Shown here: positions 19,011-26,953 of the stretch, piece by piece
How positions within the stretch are numbered: the stretch's first letter is position 1
How the letters are laid out: every line of letters starts with the position of its first letter
From: a virus
Taxonomy: Duplodnaviria > Heunggongvirae > Uroviricota > Caudoviricetes
Reading direction: 5' to 3' (one strand)
Length of the DNA: 64,000 nucleotides
Virus record (IMG/VR): IMGVR_UViG_3300020048_000019
Coordinates: 64,001-128,000 of that record
Program-made: the position numbers and the translations under genes
Notes under the pieces: model-generated
What the model saw: only the letters and a program-made list of their open reading frames with translations
Told to the model about the DNA's origin: nothing
The model's database searches: none

Positions 19011-19866
19011 TATAAAAGTACTTCACCTTGAACCCACAGACGTATGCCAAGCAGCATGCGCCTTGTGTGCTCGCGAGACTGATGTCAACTTCCGTAAGGA
19101 TCAGCAGCACCATCTTGACATGCACAAAATTCTGCAGGTGTTTGATGCTGACCAGATTGCTGTACTGGAAAAAATGTTCATGTGCGGCAACTACGGTGAT
19201 CCCGCTGCCGGCAAGCACACTCTTGATATCTACCAAGAGTTTCGCAAACTCAGCCCCAACATTGTGTTGGGCATGAACACCAACGGTGGTTTACAAAGCA
19301 CTCTTTGGTGGCACGAGCTTGGTAGAATTTTCAAGCAGCCGCAAGACTATGTGGTTTTTAGTATTGATGGACTAGAAGATACCAATCAAGTTTACCGTAA
19401 GAATGTAAACTGGACTAGGCTGATGGCCAATGCAGAGGCCTACATTGCTGCCGGGGGCGCTGCTCACTGGGACATGTTGGTTTATCGTCACAACCAGCAC
19501 CAGGTAGATGCTTGTGAACAACTGGCACGGGATATGGGATTTTCGTGGTTCCGTGCCAAAGTCAGCAAACGTGGATTTACAGACAGACTACAGCAACCAA
19601 TGTCTTGGCAGTTGCCAAATGTGAGCTCCGCTGCGATTGATTGTCATGCACTCAAAGAGCAAAGCGCATTTATAGATGCACAAGGGCGCATGAGTCCTTG
19701 CTGTTGGTTGGGCAGCAGACAACAGAATTTTATTACAGATTTTGACATGGTTCAAAATTCCTGGGCTAGCTTGCAGCCTGTTACGACTTGCATAGACGCC
19801 TGCGGAACCGCAGAAGGATCTAGCAGTTTTGCAAACCAATGGCAGCGAGAAACACCACTAAAATAA
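19000..19866 (+). CDS. Radical SAM protein with C-terminal SPASM/twitch-like Cys motif
   Basis: EPTDVCQAACALC (CxxxCxxC), CGNYGDP, NTNGG, FSIDG, and IDC...IDAQGRMSPCCW...C..AC. Confidence 0.88.
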   Translation: MLRNIKVLHLEPTDVCQAACALCARETDVNFRKDQQHHLDMHKILQVFDADQIAVLEKMFMCGNYGDPAAGKHTLDIYQEFRKLSPNIVLGMNTNGGLQSTLWWHELGRIFKQPQDYVVFSIDGLEDTNQVYRKNVNWTRLMANAEAYIAAGGAAHWDMLVYRHNQHQVDACEQLARDMGFSWFRAKVSKRGFTDRLQQPMSWQLPNVSSAAIDCHALKEQSAFIDAQGRMSPCCWLGSRQQNFITDFDMVQNSWASLQPVTTCIDACGTAEGSSSFANQWQRETPLK

Positions 19867-19922
19867 CAGGCAACCCTTTAATCATGCTAACTACTACATA
19901 AGGCAGCAACGCAAAACACTAC

Positions 19923-20351
19923 ATGACTTGGTTTTATCAAAACACCTCAGTTGAGACATTACCCGAAGAATGTATTGGATTTGTATACTTAATCACAAAT
20001 AATCTATCTGGACGCAAGTACATAGGCAAAAAACTAGCTAAGTTCTCAAAAACAACTTACAAGACAGTTACACAAAAAAACGGCATCAAAAAAAAGAAAA
20101 AGGTTAGATCAAAGGTCGATTCAGACTGGCGCGACTACTACGGTAGCAGCGATAATCTAACCACAGACATCACTCTATTAGGCACCGAAAACTTTACCAG
20201 AGAGATACTCTACTATTGCACATCAAAAGCTCAGTGTTCCTACATTGAAGCTCGCGAACAGTTTAATCGTAAAGTATTGGAATCACTAGATTATTACAAC
20301 GGCCATATCTCAGTCAGAGTACATGGCTCACACATTATAAACAAAATTTAA
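19923..20351 (+). CDS. Small GIY-YIG family protein
   Basis: GFVYLITNNLSGRKYIGKK motif, conserved YYGSS, REIL, E and YN residues; Lys-rich insert KNGIKKKKKVRSK. Confidence 0.85.
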   Translation: MTWFYQNTSVETLPEECIGFVYLITNNLSGRKYIGKKLAKFSKTTYKTVTQKNGIKKKKKVRSKVDSDWRDYYGSSDNLTTDITLLGTENFTREILYYCTSKAQCSYIEAREQFNRKVLESLDYYNGHISVRVHGSHIINKI

Positions 20352-20823
20352 TTCACGCAGTTATGGCTCGCACCAGCTAATATCGGGTGCCGAACAGAAG
20401 ATACCTGGACCGTTGTGTCGCAGGGAACCGAAGACTTGACGCTGCATCAAGCACTCAGCAACTATCCTTGACAGGACGACGATCGCTATCTAAATGCCGC
20501 GATTTTGCTGTTTGAACAGAATTTAAAAGGCCAAAAAGATGTAGCATCGCTGCTACAGTTTATAATACCCAGTTAGCGTTGAGTATTATAAATGCCGTTG
20601 TGATAAGAACTAAGCGAGCAGGTACCGGACAACCGCCTGTGTTGAGTAGCAATACTCTGTAGCTTTAACGCTAGTGACTGTGCCGACTCAGATGAAGCCC
20701 ACTCATTTTGCCCTGTGCGGGCAAAGTGTGACTGATAGATCTAGATGAATATTTAAATCGCTTTGCTCTTGTTTAAAACATGTGTGAGCGATAGCGAAAC
20801 ACATTGATGTACGAAGTACATCA
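20352..20823 (+). ncRNA. Candidate large structured non-coding RNA (family unassigned)
   Basis: ~470 nt with no ORF of 60 aa or more in an otherwise gene-dense genome; at least 10 stem-loops read by eye, including GAGTA-GCAA-TACTC (GNRA loop). Strand inferred from the GNRA loop, G-U pairs and the upstream gene. Confidence 0.55.
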
Positions 20824-21606
20824 TGATAAACGTTCTATTAGAATATCTTCAAACATCCTAGCATACTGATTGTTTGATTGTACACCAGGATGCAATTGAT
20901 CATTGTTAGTATCAATTCGACATGACCTCATGGAATTGTAAAGATTTAGCCATTGTAATGGTTTGATCCCACCTGCTTGTGCTAATCCATGATGCATTTT
21001 GTCATATAATTTGAAAATCTCTGAATCGTCTCTGTTGTCAATATTCAATAGCTTTTGTGTGTATTTGGTGTATTGGTTTGGCATCACGTTTGACAATTGA
21101 GTGAAAAAATCATTGTCCCAAGGACACAAACCATTCACAAAATACACCTGTGTTTGCACTACAGCGGCTAGTGCTGTGATTGAATTAGTATACTCAACTA
21201 GATTTAAAATTTCGTAGCAGTCGTGGCTTAGTGCAACAAATCGATCTTGCACTGTTGTCAGATAGCTCTTGGAATAGTTAATGTCGTTTAGATTATGGTC
21301 TCGACACTGTCCGTTTGGTGCAAATGACTGAAAAGTGTTGTATAGTTCAAATCCTAGTTCTATGTTGTATCGGGAACAGCTAGTCCATTGAACAATTGCA
21401 GTTTTTACTGGATGATTCAACAGTGCTTTTACAGTATCCTGAAACACCCCTGCATTGGATCTTCCTGCTGAGCTGATATTGAGCAGTTCGGTATCAGCAA
21501 ACATTCCAGAATACAACTGATTGACCCATAGATCAGGGTCTTGTTTCTCAAGATCAAACCCAGTGCCAGCGCTGTAGGAACATCCAGAAAATAGTGTGTA
21601 CTCCAT
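20821..21606 (-). CDS. SGNH/GDSL-like hydrolase
   Basis: Start reassigned to ATG 21606 (MEYTLFSGCSYSAG = block I); SSAGRSN (block II) and NDQLHPG (block V DxxH). Confidence 0.75.
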   Translation of the reverse strand: MEYTLFSGCSYSAGTGFDLEKQDPDLWVNQLYSGMFADTELLNISSAGRSNAGVFQDTVKALLNHPVKTAIVQWTSCSRYNIELGFELYNTFQSFAPNGQCRDHNLNDINYSKSYLTTVQDRFVALSHDCYEILNLVEYTNSITALAAVVQTQVYFVNGLCPWDNDFFTQLSNVMPNQYTKYTQKLLNIDNRDDSEIFKLYDKMHHGLAQAGGIKPLQWLNLYNSMRSCRIDTNNDQLHPGVQSNNQYARMFEDILIERLS

Positions 21607-21613
21607 TGTGATG

Positions 21614-21952
21614 TCAAAGATTAATATCTGGCCAGTCGCGGAAAAGTGCATGTTGAATAGTTGAGCAATCCACGAATTGATTAAAGCTCTTGTGTTTGTC
21701 TTCGAGTTCGCCTTCAAGTGGTGCAACTCGTTTAAATGCACTATCCATCTGTGCCATGTCATTGAACTCCATTAAAATCATAAATTCTGGCATGTCTGCT
21801 ATAGATCTAAATCCCATCTTGCAGCGTGTGATTCTGTAAGTTTCCATTCGGCCTTCTGAGATCAAGTGATCAAAAAAGCTTTTCATGTTGTTGACCCATT
21901 CAAGATCTGAAATGTCCCCGGCCTTGTTGGCCCAAATTGTATATACGTCCAT
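21614..21952 (-). CDS. DUF6614-like small alpha/beta-barrel protein
   Basis: 112 aa; YRITRCKMGF...EFMILMEF.DMAQMDSAF...H...N......ALFRDWPD resembles DUF6614 (dimeric alpha-beta barrel), from recall only. Confidence 0.55.
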   Translation of the reverse strand: MDVYTIWANKAGDISDLEWVNNMKSFFDHLISEGRMETYRITRCKMGFRSIADMPEFMILMEFNDMAQMDSAFKRVAPLEGELEDKHKSFNQFVDCSTIQHALFRDWPDINL

Positions 21953-21955
21953 GTG

Positions 21956-22390
21956 TTACTCCAAAGGTCCCAGTAGTTCGAACCCGTCTATTTCCTGTTT
22001 GTACAGGTGTGCTTGCTCAAGGTACAGGTATTCAAATCCCCGAGCTTTGTAAATTGCACACTCTGTTTTCATTGTTTCAATCCCCAATCGCAATCGAGGA
22101 TTGTTATAGTTCCAGGCGAATTGATCGCATAGTGCGTTTTTGTCATTGTATCGTTTGATCAAACTGAACGCTGCCAAGTTGTTTCCATCGTAGTAACCTA
22201 TAACGTCGGTCATGGAATCAAGATACCGACTGTCAAATATAGGCATCACACTTGCAAAATGTTTGTATTTGCAATAGTCTCGATAGATGGAGTTTAGCTG
22301 AGTGATATCAGGGTTAGACAGGTATTCCCACTTTACTGCTGGGCTGTAGTTGGTCTTGCTTAGATCAATTCGTGCAAATTGGTATGTCAT
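21956..22390 (-). CDS. Minimal aminoacyl-tRNA-protein transferase (Ate1/Bpt C-terminal GNAT)-like protein
   Basis: IYRDYCKYKH, YYDGNNLAAFS, LRLG...KARGFEYLYLEQ..YK align by eye with Bpt/ATE_C motifs LY.RY...RH, ..D.KL.AV, SLG...A...G..YLYLGY...YK. Confidence 0.6.
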   Translation of the reverse strand: MTYQFARIDLSKTNYSPAVKWEYLSNPDITQLNSIYRDYCKYKHFASVMPIFDSRYLDSMTDVIGYYDGNNLAAFSLIKRYNDKNALCDQFAWNYNNPRLRLGIETMKTECAIYKARGFEYLYLEQAHLYKQEIDGFELLGPLE

Positions 22391-22896
22391 AGGCGAGGGT
22401 CCTGTCTGTGTTGAAACAGAGCCTGCAAGTATGGTTCTGGCCAGGTATGATAAAATCCTTTGCTGGCCATCAGTTGCGCCTTGGTATTTAGATCACTCAA
22501 ACCTTGTACCAGGGCCAAGGCATACGTGCCTTGATTCATGCACACTCCGTTGACTATCTCAAGGTCTGCAGGATGATCTTCAAGTGCAAGTATATCACGA
22601 TGCAGCAAACATTCAGCATTGGCCTGAGCTATACTTGCACTAAACTGCTCATGACTCCATTCTGCAGGATCATAAGCATAGATAATTACTTCACGATTGC
22701 CCATGCCGTGTTGCCCGCAGTATTTGAGATCAAAGTAAGGATCACTACCTAGATACACTGAATAACTGCGCTTGATCCTGGCTGCTCTAGCATAAGGACA
22801 AGGACTCCAGCCTCCTAGTGCAGGGTGTGGCACCTCCAGGAAGTTGATCATCCAACTTTCGATGTCTGCTTGTACTGTGTCTATGTTTAGAACCAT
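22387..22896 (-). CDS. DUF1415-like protein (distant)
   Basis: W......P.....CPYAR and EDHP..N motifs echo the DUF1415 W..CPFA...FHP...N pattern; ATGA overlap with the downstream gene. Confidence 0.45.
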   Translation of the reverse strand: MVLNIDTVQADIESWMINFLEVPHPALGGWSPCPYARAARIKRSYSVYLGSDPYFDLKYCGQHGMGNREVIIYAYDPAEWSHEQFSASIAQANAECLLHRDILALEDHPADLEIVNGVCMNQGTYALALVQGLSDLNTKAQLMASKGFYHTWPEPYLQALFQHRQDPRL

Positions 22897-23075
22897 GGCA
22901 ATTTGGTCTTGTTTGTGGTTTCAATATTTTCTTTGATCAATTCACCAATAAGCTCTCGCTCACTGTGACTCATTTGTAATACATCTTCATAAGTTGCTCC
23001 ACCCCTCATGAACCATGACATTTTGAGGCTTTGTGCTCGTATTGCGTTGGCCTCCTGATCCATCTTGTCTACCAT
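22887..23075 (-). CDS. Small gp51-like baseplate/tail assembly protein; probably also the -1 frameshift extension of gp26
   Basis: SW.MRGG.TYEDVLQMSHSERELI..LIKEN.E resembles the phage tail-chaperone C-terminal 'one helix + ER' pattern; the frame stays open upstream to 23138, through the gp26 stop. Confidence 0.65.
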   Translation of the reverse strand: MVDKMDQEANAIRAQSLKMSWFMRGGATYEDVLQMSHSERELIGELIKENIETTNKTKLPWF

Positions 23076-23101
23076 GGTGCCAATCTCGTCAGCGGATGCT
23101 G

Positions 23102-23944
23102 TCAGGAGGCGGTTTCGAAAAAAGCTGTTTGGTCTAAGTTAAACTGTTGTTGATAGTCATGAGCACAGTTATCGCACTTGATAGCCAGCGGCTTGAGTTC
23201 GCTGGCAACTCTCAATCCAATGATGTGATCACGAATCTTGGTATACAATTTACGATCACAATTTTTAATAAATTCTTCAATGAAGTCGGGTTGATTGACT
23301 AGAGCTGTGGGAGTCTTGATACTGGCAATGCTCCACTTCAGTGCCGACATAGTCAGCTGAGTAATCTGCTGCAGAGACTCATTTAGCTGAGTAATTTTAT
23401 CTGCATCAGGCATGTCTGAGCTTTGAATCAGTTGAATATTTTTTTGTTGCTCAAACTGTGACTGGCTGCTGTCGTTTTGTGAACGATAGCTCATGGGCTG
23501 GAACGTAATGGTTAAATCTCCGTGAATCATTGGAGTTTCAAAGTCTCCAGCTTTGAGTTGATCCAGCACTTGACGCAGATCCAGAGTATAATCACCTTCA
23601 GTTTCGCACTTGGGACAGCGTGTGCCTACTTCAAGATCGTGCCCGTAACTGGCAATTCGAATAGCCACTAGAATAGCGTTTAGATCCTGAGCCGGAATGG
23701 CCCAAGGGTCAACAATAGCAGGTACACAGCTTTTGATAACGTTAACAACTGCTTGTCCGTTAAACAATGCATCAGGCGTGCGATATGTAATTTCATCAAT
23801 AGCAGTCATTGGATAAACTGGCAGTTCTTTGTTGTCTGGCATGCTGATACTGCCGTCTGGCCAGTACTCTCCTTGACTTGGCAAGCGCATGTAGATTGCA
23901 GGTTGTCTAAAAAATTGTTTTAGCGGGTTCACAGATTGGGACAT
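23102..23944 (-). CDS. gp26: Baseplate hub assembly protein, T4 gp26-like
   Basis: Y.RLPSQG..W, LPVYPMTAIDEI...PDAL.NG.AV..VIKSC, DL.AILVAIRIASYG, CPKC and C.NC zinc ribbons; ends ...AFFETAS. Confidence 0.85.
   Translation of the reverse strand: MSQSVNPLKQFFRQPAIYMRLPSQGEYWPDGSISMPDNKELPVYPMTAIDEITYRTPDALFNGQAVVNVIKSCVPAIVDPWAIPAQDLNAILVAIRIASYGHDLEVGTRCPKCETEGDYTLDLRQVLDQLKAGDFETPMIHGDLTITFQPMSYRSQNDSSQSQFEQQKNIQLIQSSDMPDADKITQLNESLQQITQLTMSALKWSIASIKTPTALVNQPDFIEEFIKNCDRKLYTKIRDHIIGLRVASELKPLAIKCDNCAHDYQQQFNLDQTAFFETAS
23117..23123 (-). promoter_or_regulatory. Putative -1 programmed ribosomal frameshift heptamer T TTT TTC
   Basis: In-frame GCT TTT TTC fits the X XXY YYZ pattern 4 codons before the gp26 stop; the -1 frame continues into the gp51-like ORF. 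Confidence 0.65.
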
Positions 23945-23950
23945 AATTCA

Positions 23951-23976
23951 CCTATAAATATACCAATACTTATAGG
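23951..23976. promoter_or_regulatory. Face-to-face late promoter pair forming an inverted repeat
   Basis: CCTATAAATA-taccaa-TACTTATAGG: + strand TATAAATA (23953-60) and - strand TATAAGTA (23974-67), between the divergent gp26 and tape-measure genes. Confidence 0.65.
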
Positions 23977-23985
23977 TACCTAACA

Positions 23986-26934
23986 ATGGCTGACGCAAAT
24001 TTTGAAGCACAACGAATGGCAGAACTCATGGCGCAAGTCAATGAGGAATTGCTTCGATACGGGCAAATAAGCAAGCAAACGCAATCTGAAGTTCAAGATG
24101 CGCAAATGAAGGCCAAGCATGGTATAGAAAACTATACCAAGGGCACTGCAAAGGGCGCAGAGGCAATCACTGCACTGGCAGGCGCTGCTGGTGCTGCTGG
24201 TAAAGCCATGCTAGATGGCAAAAAAGGTGCAACCGCGTTCAACGACAGTGTTGACCAGATGGCAACAGCAGCCACTGCTGCGGCTGCTGCTCTAGCATTG
24301 TTTGTACCTGTGCTGGGACCACTGATGCTGGCTGTTGGCCTAGCAGCAGTGGGATTTGCCAAGTATACCAAAGCAGCAAATGATCAAGCAGACAAGCTGT
24401 ACAAAGGATATCAAGGCCTAGCAAAGTCAGGGGCCGCTGCAAGCGATGGCATGACTGGCTTGTTTAACACTGCCAAGAAGCTGGGTTTGAGCATGAACGA
24501 ACTAGACAGCTTGGTAAGTCTAGTTGGTGAAAACAGTAGAGAATTGGCCATGTTTGGCGGTTCTGTAGCAGCAGGAACCAAGCGTTTTGCTGACATGGGT
24601 GCAGCAATGGAACCGCATCGTGTGGCTTTGATCAAGATGGGCATGTTGCCTGAACAGATCAACGAAGGCATGGCTGGGTATTTGCGTACTCAAACTCGAT
24701 TGGGCAATGCTCAACGCATGACCACAGACCAGTTGGCACAAGGTGCAAGAGAGTACTTGAAAGAACAGGATGCGCTGACCAAACTAACAGGTGAATCGCG
24801 ACAAGAAGCTGAAAAGAAACGCGAAGCTGCACTAATGGAGGAACAATTTGCCTCTAAGATACGGTTGTTGCAACTGAATAATCAAGGTGAAGCAGCTGAA
24901 AAGTTGCTAAAGATGAATCAAGTGGCCAGCAGCGTAAGCGAAGCTTACGGCCGCAGTGTCCGCGCTTTAGCAACTGGTAATATAGTCAATGAAGATGCTC
25001 GCAAACTTTACATGAGTACTCAAGGCACCGCCATGCGTGACCTTCAAGAAGTAATAGCAGGCACCAAGACACCCATGCAAGCACTGGATAGCATGGGTAA
25101 AGCTATTGGCCAAACCAATGACAAAATGGGCGTACAGCTAGGTTTGTATGGTGCTGCCAACAGCTTCCTGATGGGAGTTGGGGATGCTAGAAAAATTCAG
25201 CTGGCGTCAGAACAGGGGTACGCAAAACAGCTAACCGCAATTGAAAAAGACAATGCTGCACGTGAAAAAGGCGGTACTGATGCCGTACTAGATAATCAAG
25301 CCAAGTTGATTAATACTCAGATCAGAGCCAACGATGCCATGGATAAATTTATCAAAGAAGGTATTATACCTGCTCAAAATAAAATGATTGCCTTGGCCGA
25401 GGCCACTGGATGGGCTGCTAGAGGACTAAATGATCAATTCAAGGACAAGGGTGAAGCAGAAGTTGTTGGTGGTATAGGAGCAGGTCTGGCCGGTGCGGCC
25501 GCACTGGGGCAGTTTGGTGCTGCAATGGGTACTGCAATTACACCAGGTCTTGGTACTGCTATTGGTGCTGGACTAGGTGCCGCAGTTGGCGGCACAATGG
25601 GATACTTCACTGGCAGTTGGCTAGGTAAAAAAGCTGATGAATCGAGCAAAGTTCCAAAAGCAGCCGCCGGTGGCATGTTAACAGGTCCAACTTCGGGCTA
25701 TCTAGCAATGCTGCACGGCACTGAATTGGTGATACCTGAAAACATGCTCAAAGGATCAATGACTTCACTAGGTGGCGGAGCCGGAAGTAGTCCAGAAATT
25801 GACAAGATGACTACGTTGGCAACCGAAATGCTGAAAGATACTGAACAGCTGGTCAAACTAACTGACAAAGATCTAAAGAAACAACAACGCTACAGCATCA
25901 CTGCCAATAGACTGATTGATCTCAAAATGGATCTCATGGCAGATGAAATTGGTTTATTAGAAGAACAAAACTCAATGCTGACTGAGATGGAGAACACGCT
26001 TAAAAAGACCATGAGTGCAGAAAAAGTCAAAGAAACCATGCGTGCATTCAAGATGACCAGGATGAGCATCCCAGGTTTTGGTGGTTCTAGTGCAGGCGGC
26101 GCAGCGCCTGGCGGCGCAGCGCCTGGTGGTGGCGGAGCAGCTTCGGTTAGTGCGCCTAGTCCAGCAAAAGGTGGTGGTGGCGGATCCAATGTGGTAAGTG
26201 GGTCAGGTGCACCAGTGATGACAGGTGCTGGCGTACCGTTAACCTATGGCGAAGCAGCTTCAAAACAGGACCTTAAAGATCTGTTTGATTTTGGATCTGC
26301 TTCGGGTAGCAAAAATAATTTTGAACAACTTGAAGGCGGATTTAAAAATGCTGTGATCAAAGCAGCAGAAGAATACAATGCAACCACAGGTAAAAAATTA
26401 CGCATCAACAGCGCCAAGCGAGATTCTGAAGATCAACAACGACTGTACGATGATTACTTAGCCCGTGGCAAAACTGGTAGACCGGTTGGAAAACCTGGAA
26501 CCAGCCGACATGAACACGGTATGGCAGTGGACATTCAAAATCACGGCGACCCACAGGCCGTTGCTGCAATGAACCGTCAGGGTCTGTATCAAAAAGTGCC
26601 TAACGATAATGTGCATTTCCAGTTTGCCAAAGGTGGTATCAGCACAGGGCCGCGCTCGGGCTACCTAGCCACACTGCATGGACCCGAAGCTGTTGTGCCC
26701 TTGCCTGATGGTAAATCTATTCCGGTTAAAATGTCAGGTAATCGAGATTCCAGCAGTATGATGGACAGCTTTGGCGGCGACATGAACAACATGATGGGCC
26801 AAATCAAAGACGTACTAACAATGCTTTCGGATAAAATGAATGATCCTCAAATGGTTACGTTGATGGACGAAATGGTCCGCACACAAAAGAACAGCTTGGA
26901 TGTACAAAACAAGATGTTGCGAGCTACTGCATAA
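23986..26934 (+). CDS. Tape-measure-like protein with C-terminal peptidase M15 (VanY/L,D-type zinc peptidase) domain
   Basis: Long Ala-rich helical N-terminus, hydrophobic Gly/Ala segments, two GG...GP.SGYLA.LHG.E.V.P motifs; INSAKRD.EDQQRLY...PGTSRHEHGMAVDI...DNVHF is the M15 motif set. Confidence 0.75.
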   Translation: MADANFEAQRMAELMAQVNEELLRYGQISKQTQSEVQDAQMKAKHGIENYTKGTAKGAEAITALAGAAGAAGKAMLDGKKGATAFNDSVDQMATAATAAAAALALFVPVLGPLMLAVGLAAVGFAKYTKAANDQADKLYKGYQGLAKSGAAASDGMTGLFNTAKKLGLSMNELDSLVSLVGENSRELAMFGGSVAAGTKRFADMGAAMEPHRVALIKMGMLPEQINEGMAGYLRTQTRLGNAQRMTTDQLAQGAREYLKEQDALTKLTGESRQEAEKKREAALMEEQFASKIRLLQLNNQGEAAEKLLKMNQVASSVSEAYGRSVRALATGNIVNEDARKLYMSTQGTAMRDLQEVIAGTKTPMQALDSMGKAIGQTNDKMGVQLGLYGAANSFLMGVGDARKIQLASEQGYAKQLTAIEKDNAAREKGGTDAVLDNQAKLINTQIRANDAMDKFIKEGIIPAQNKMIALAEATGWAARGLNDQFKDKGEAEVVGGIGAGLAGAAALGQFGAAMGTAITPGLGTAIGAGLGAAVGGTMGYFTGSWLGKKADESSKVPKAAAGGMLTGPTSGYLAMLHGTELVIPENMLKGSMTSLGGGAGSSPEIDKMTTLATEMLKDTEQLVKLTDKDLKKQQRYSITANRLIDLKMDLMADEIGLLEEQNSMLTEMENTLKKTMSAEKVKETMRAFKMTRMSIPGFGGSSAGGAAPGGAAPGGGGAASVSAPSPAKGGGGGSNVVSGSGAPVMTGAGVPLTYGEAASKQDLKDLFDFGSASGSKNNFEQLEGGFKNAVIKAAEEYNATTGKKLRINSAKRDSEDQQRLYDDYLARGKTGRPVGKPGTSRHEHGMAVDIQNHGDPQAVAAMNRQGLYQKVPNDNVHFQFAKGGISTGPRSGYLATLHGPEAVVPLPDGKSIPVKMSGNRDSSSMMDSFGGDMNNMMGQIKDVLTMLSDKMNDPQMVTLMDEMVRTQKNSLDVQNKMLRATA

Positions 26935-26940
26935 TCACGG

Positions 26941-26946
26941 TAAATA
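26941..26946 (+). promoter_or_regulatory. Late promoter (GTAAATA core), 7 nt before the portal ATG
   Basis: G-TAAATA-ATACACT-ATG; no SD. Confidence 0.65.
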
Positions 26947-26953
26947 ATACACT

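Noticed and set aside
20587-20594. TATAAATG as a late promoter inside the non-coding region
   Set aside because: It mismatches the otherwise invariant final A, forms one arm of a perfect 10-bp stem, and has no downstream ORF.
20352-20823. tRNA, tmRNA, RNase P, group I intron or hammerhead identity for the non-coding region
   Set aside because: No TTCGA T-loop/CCA end, no GAGGAAAGTCC, no P7 R/S elements, and no CTGATGA...GAAA core (only CAGATGA and CTGATAG) found by eye; left unassigned.
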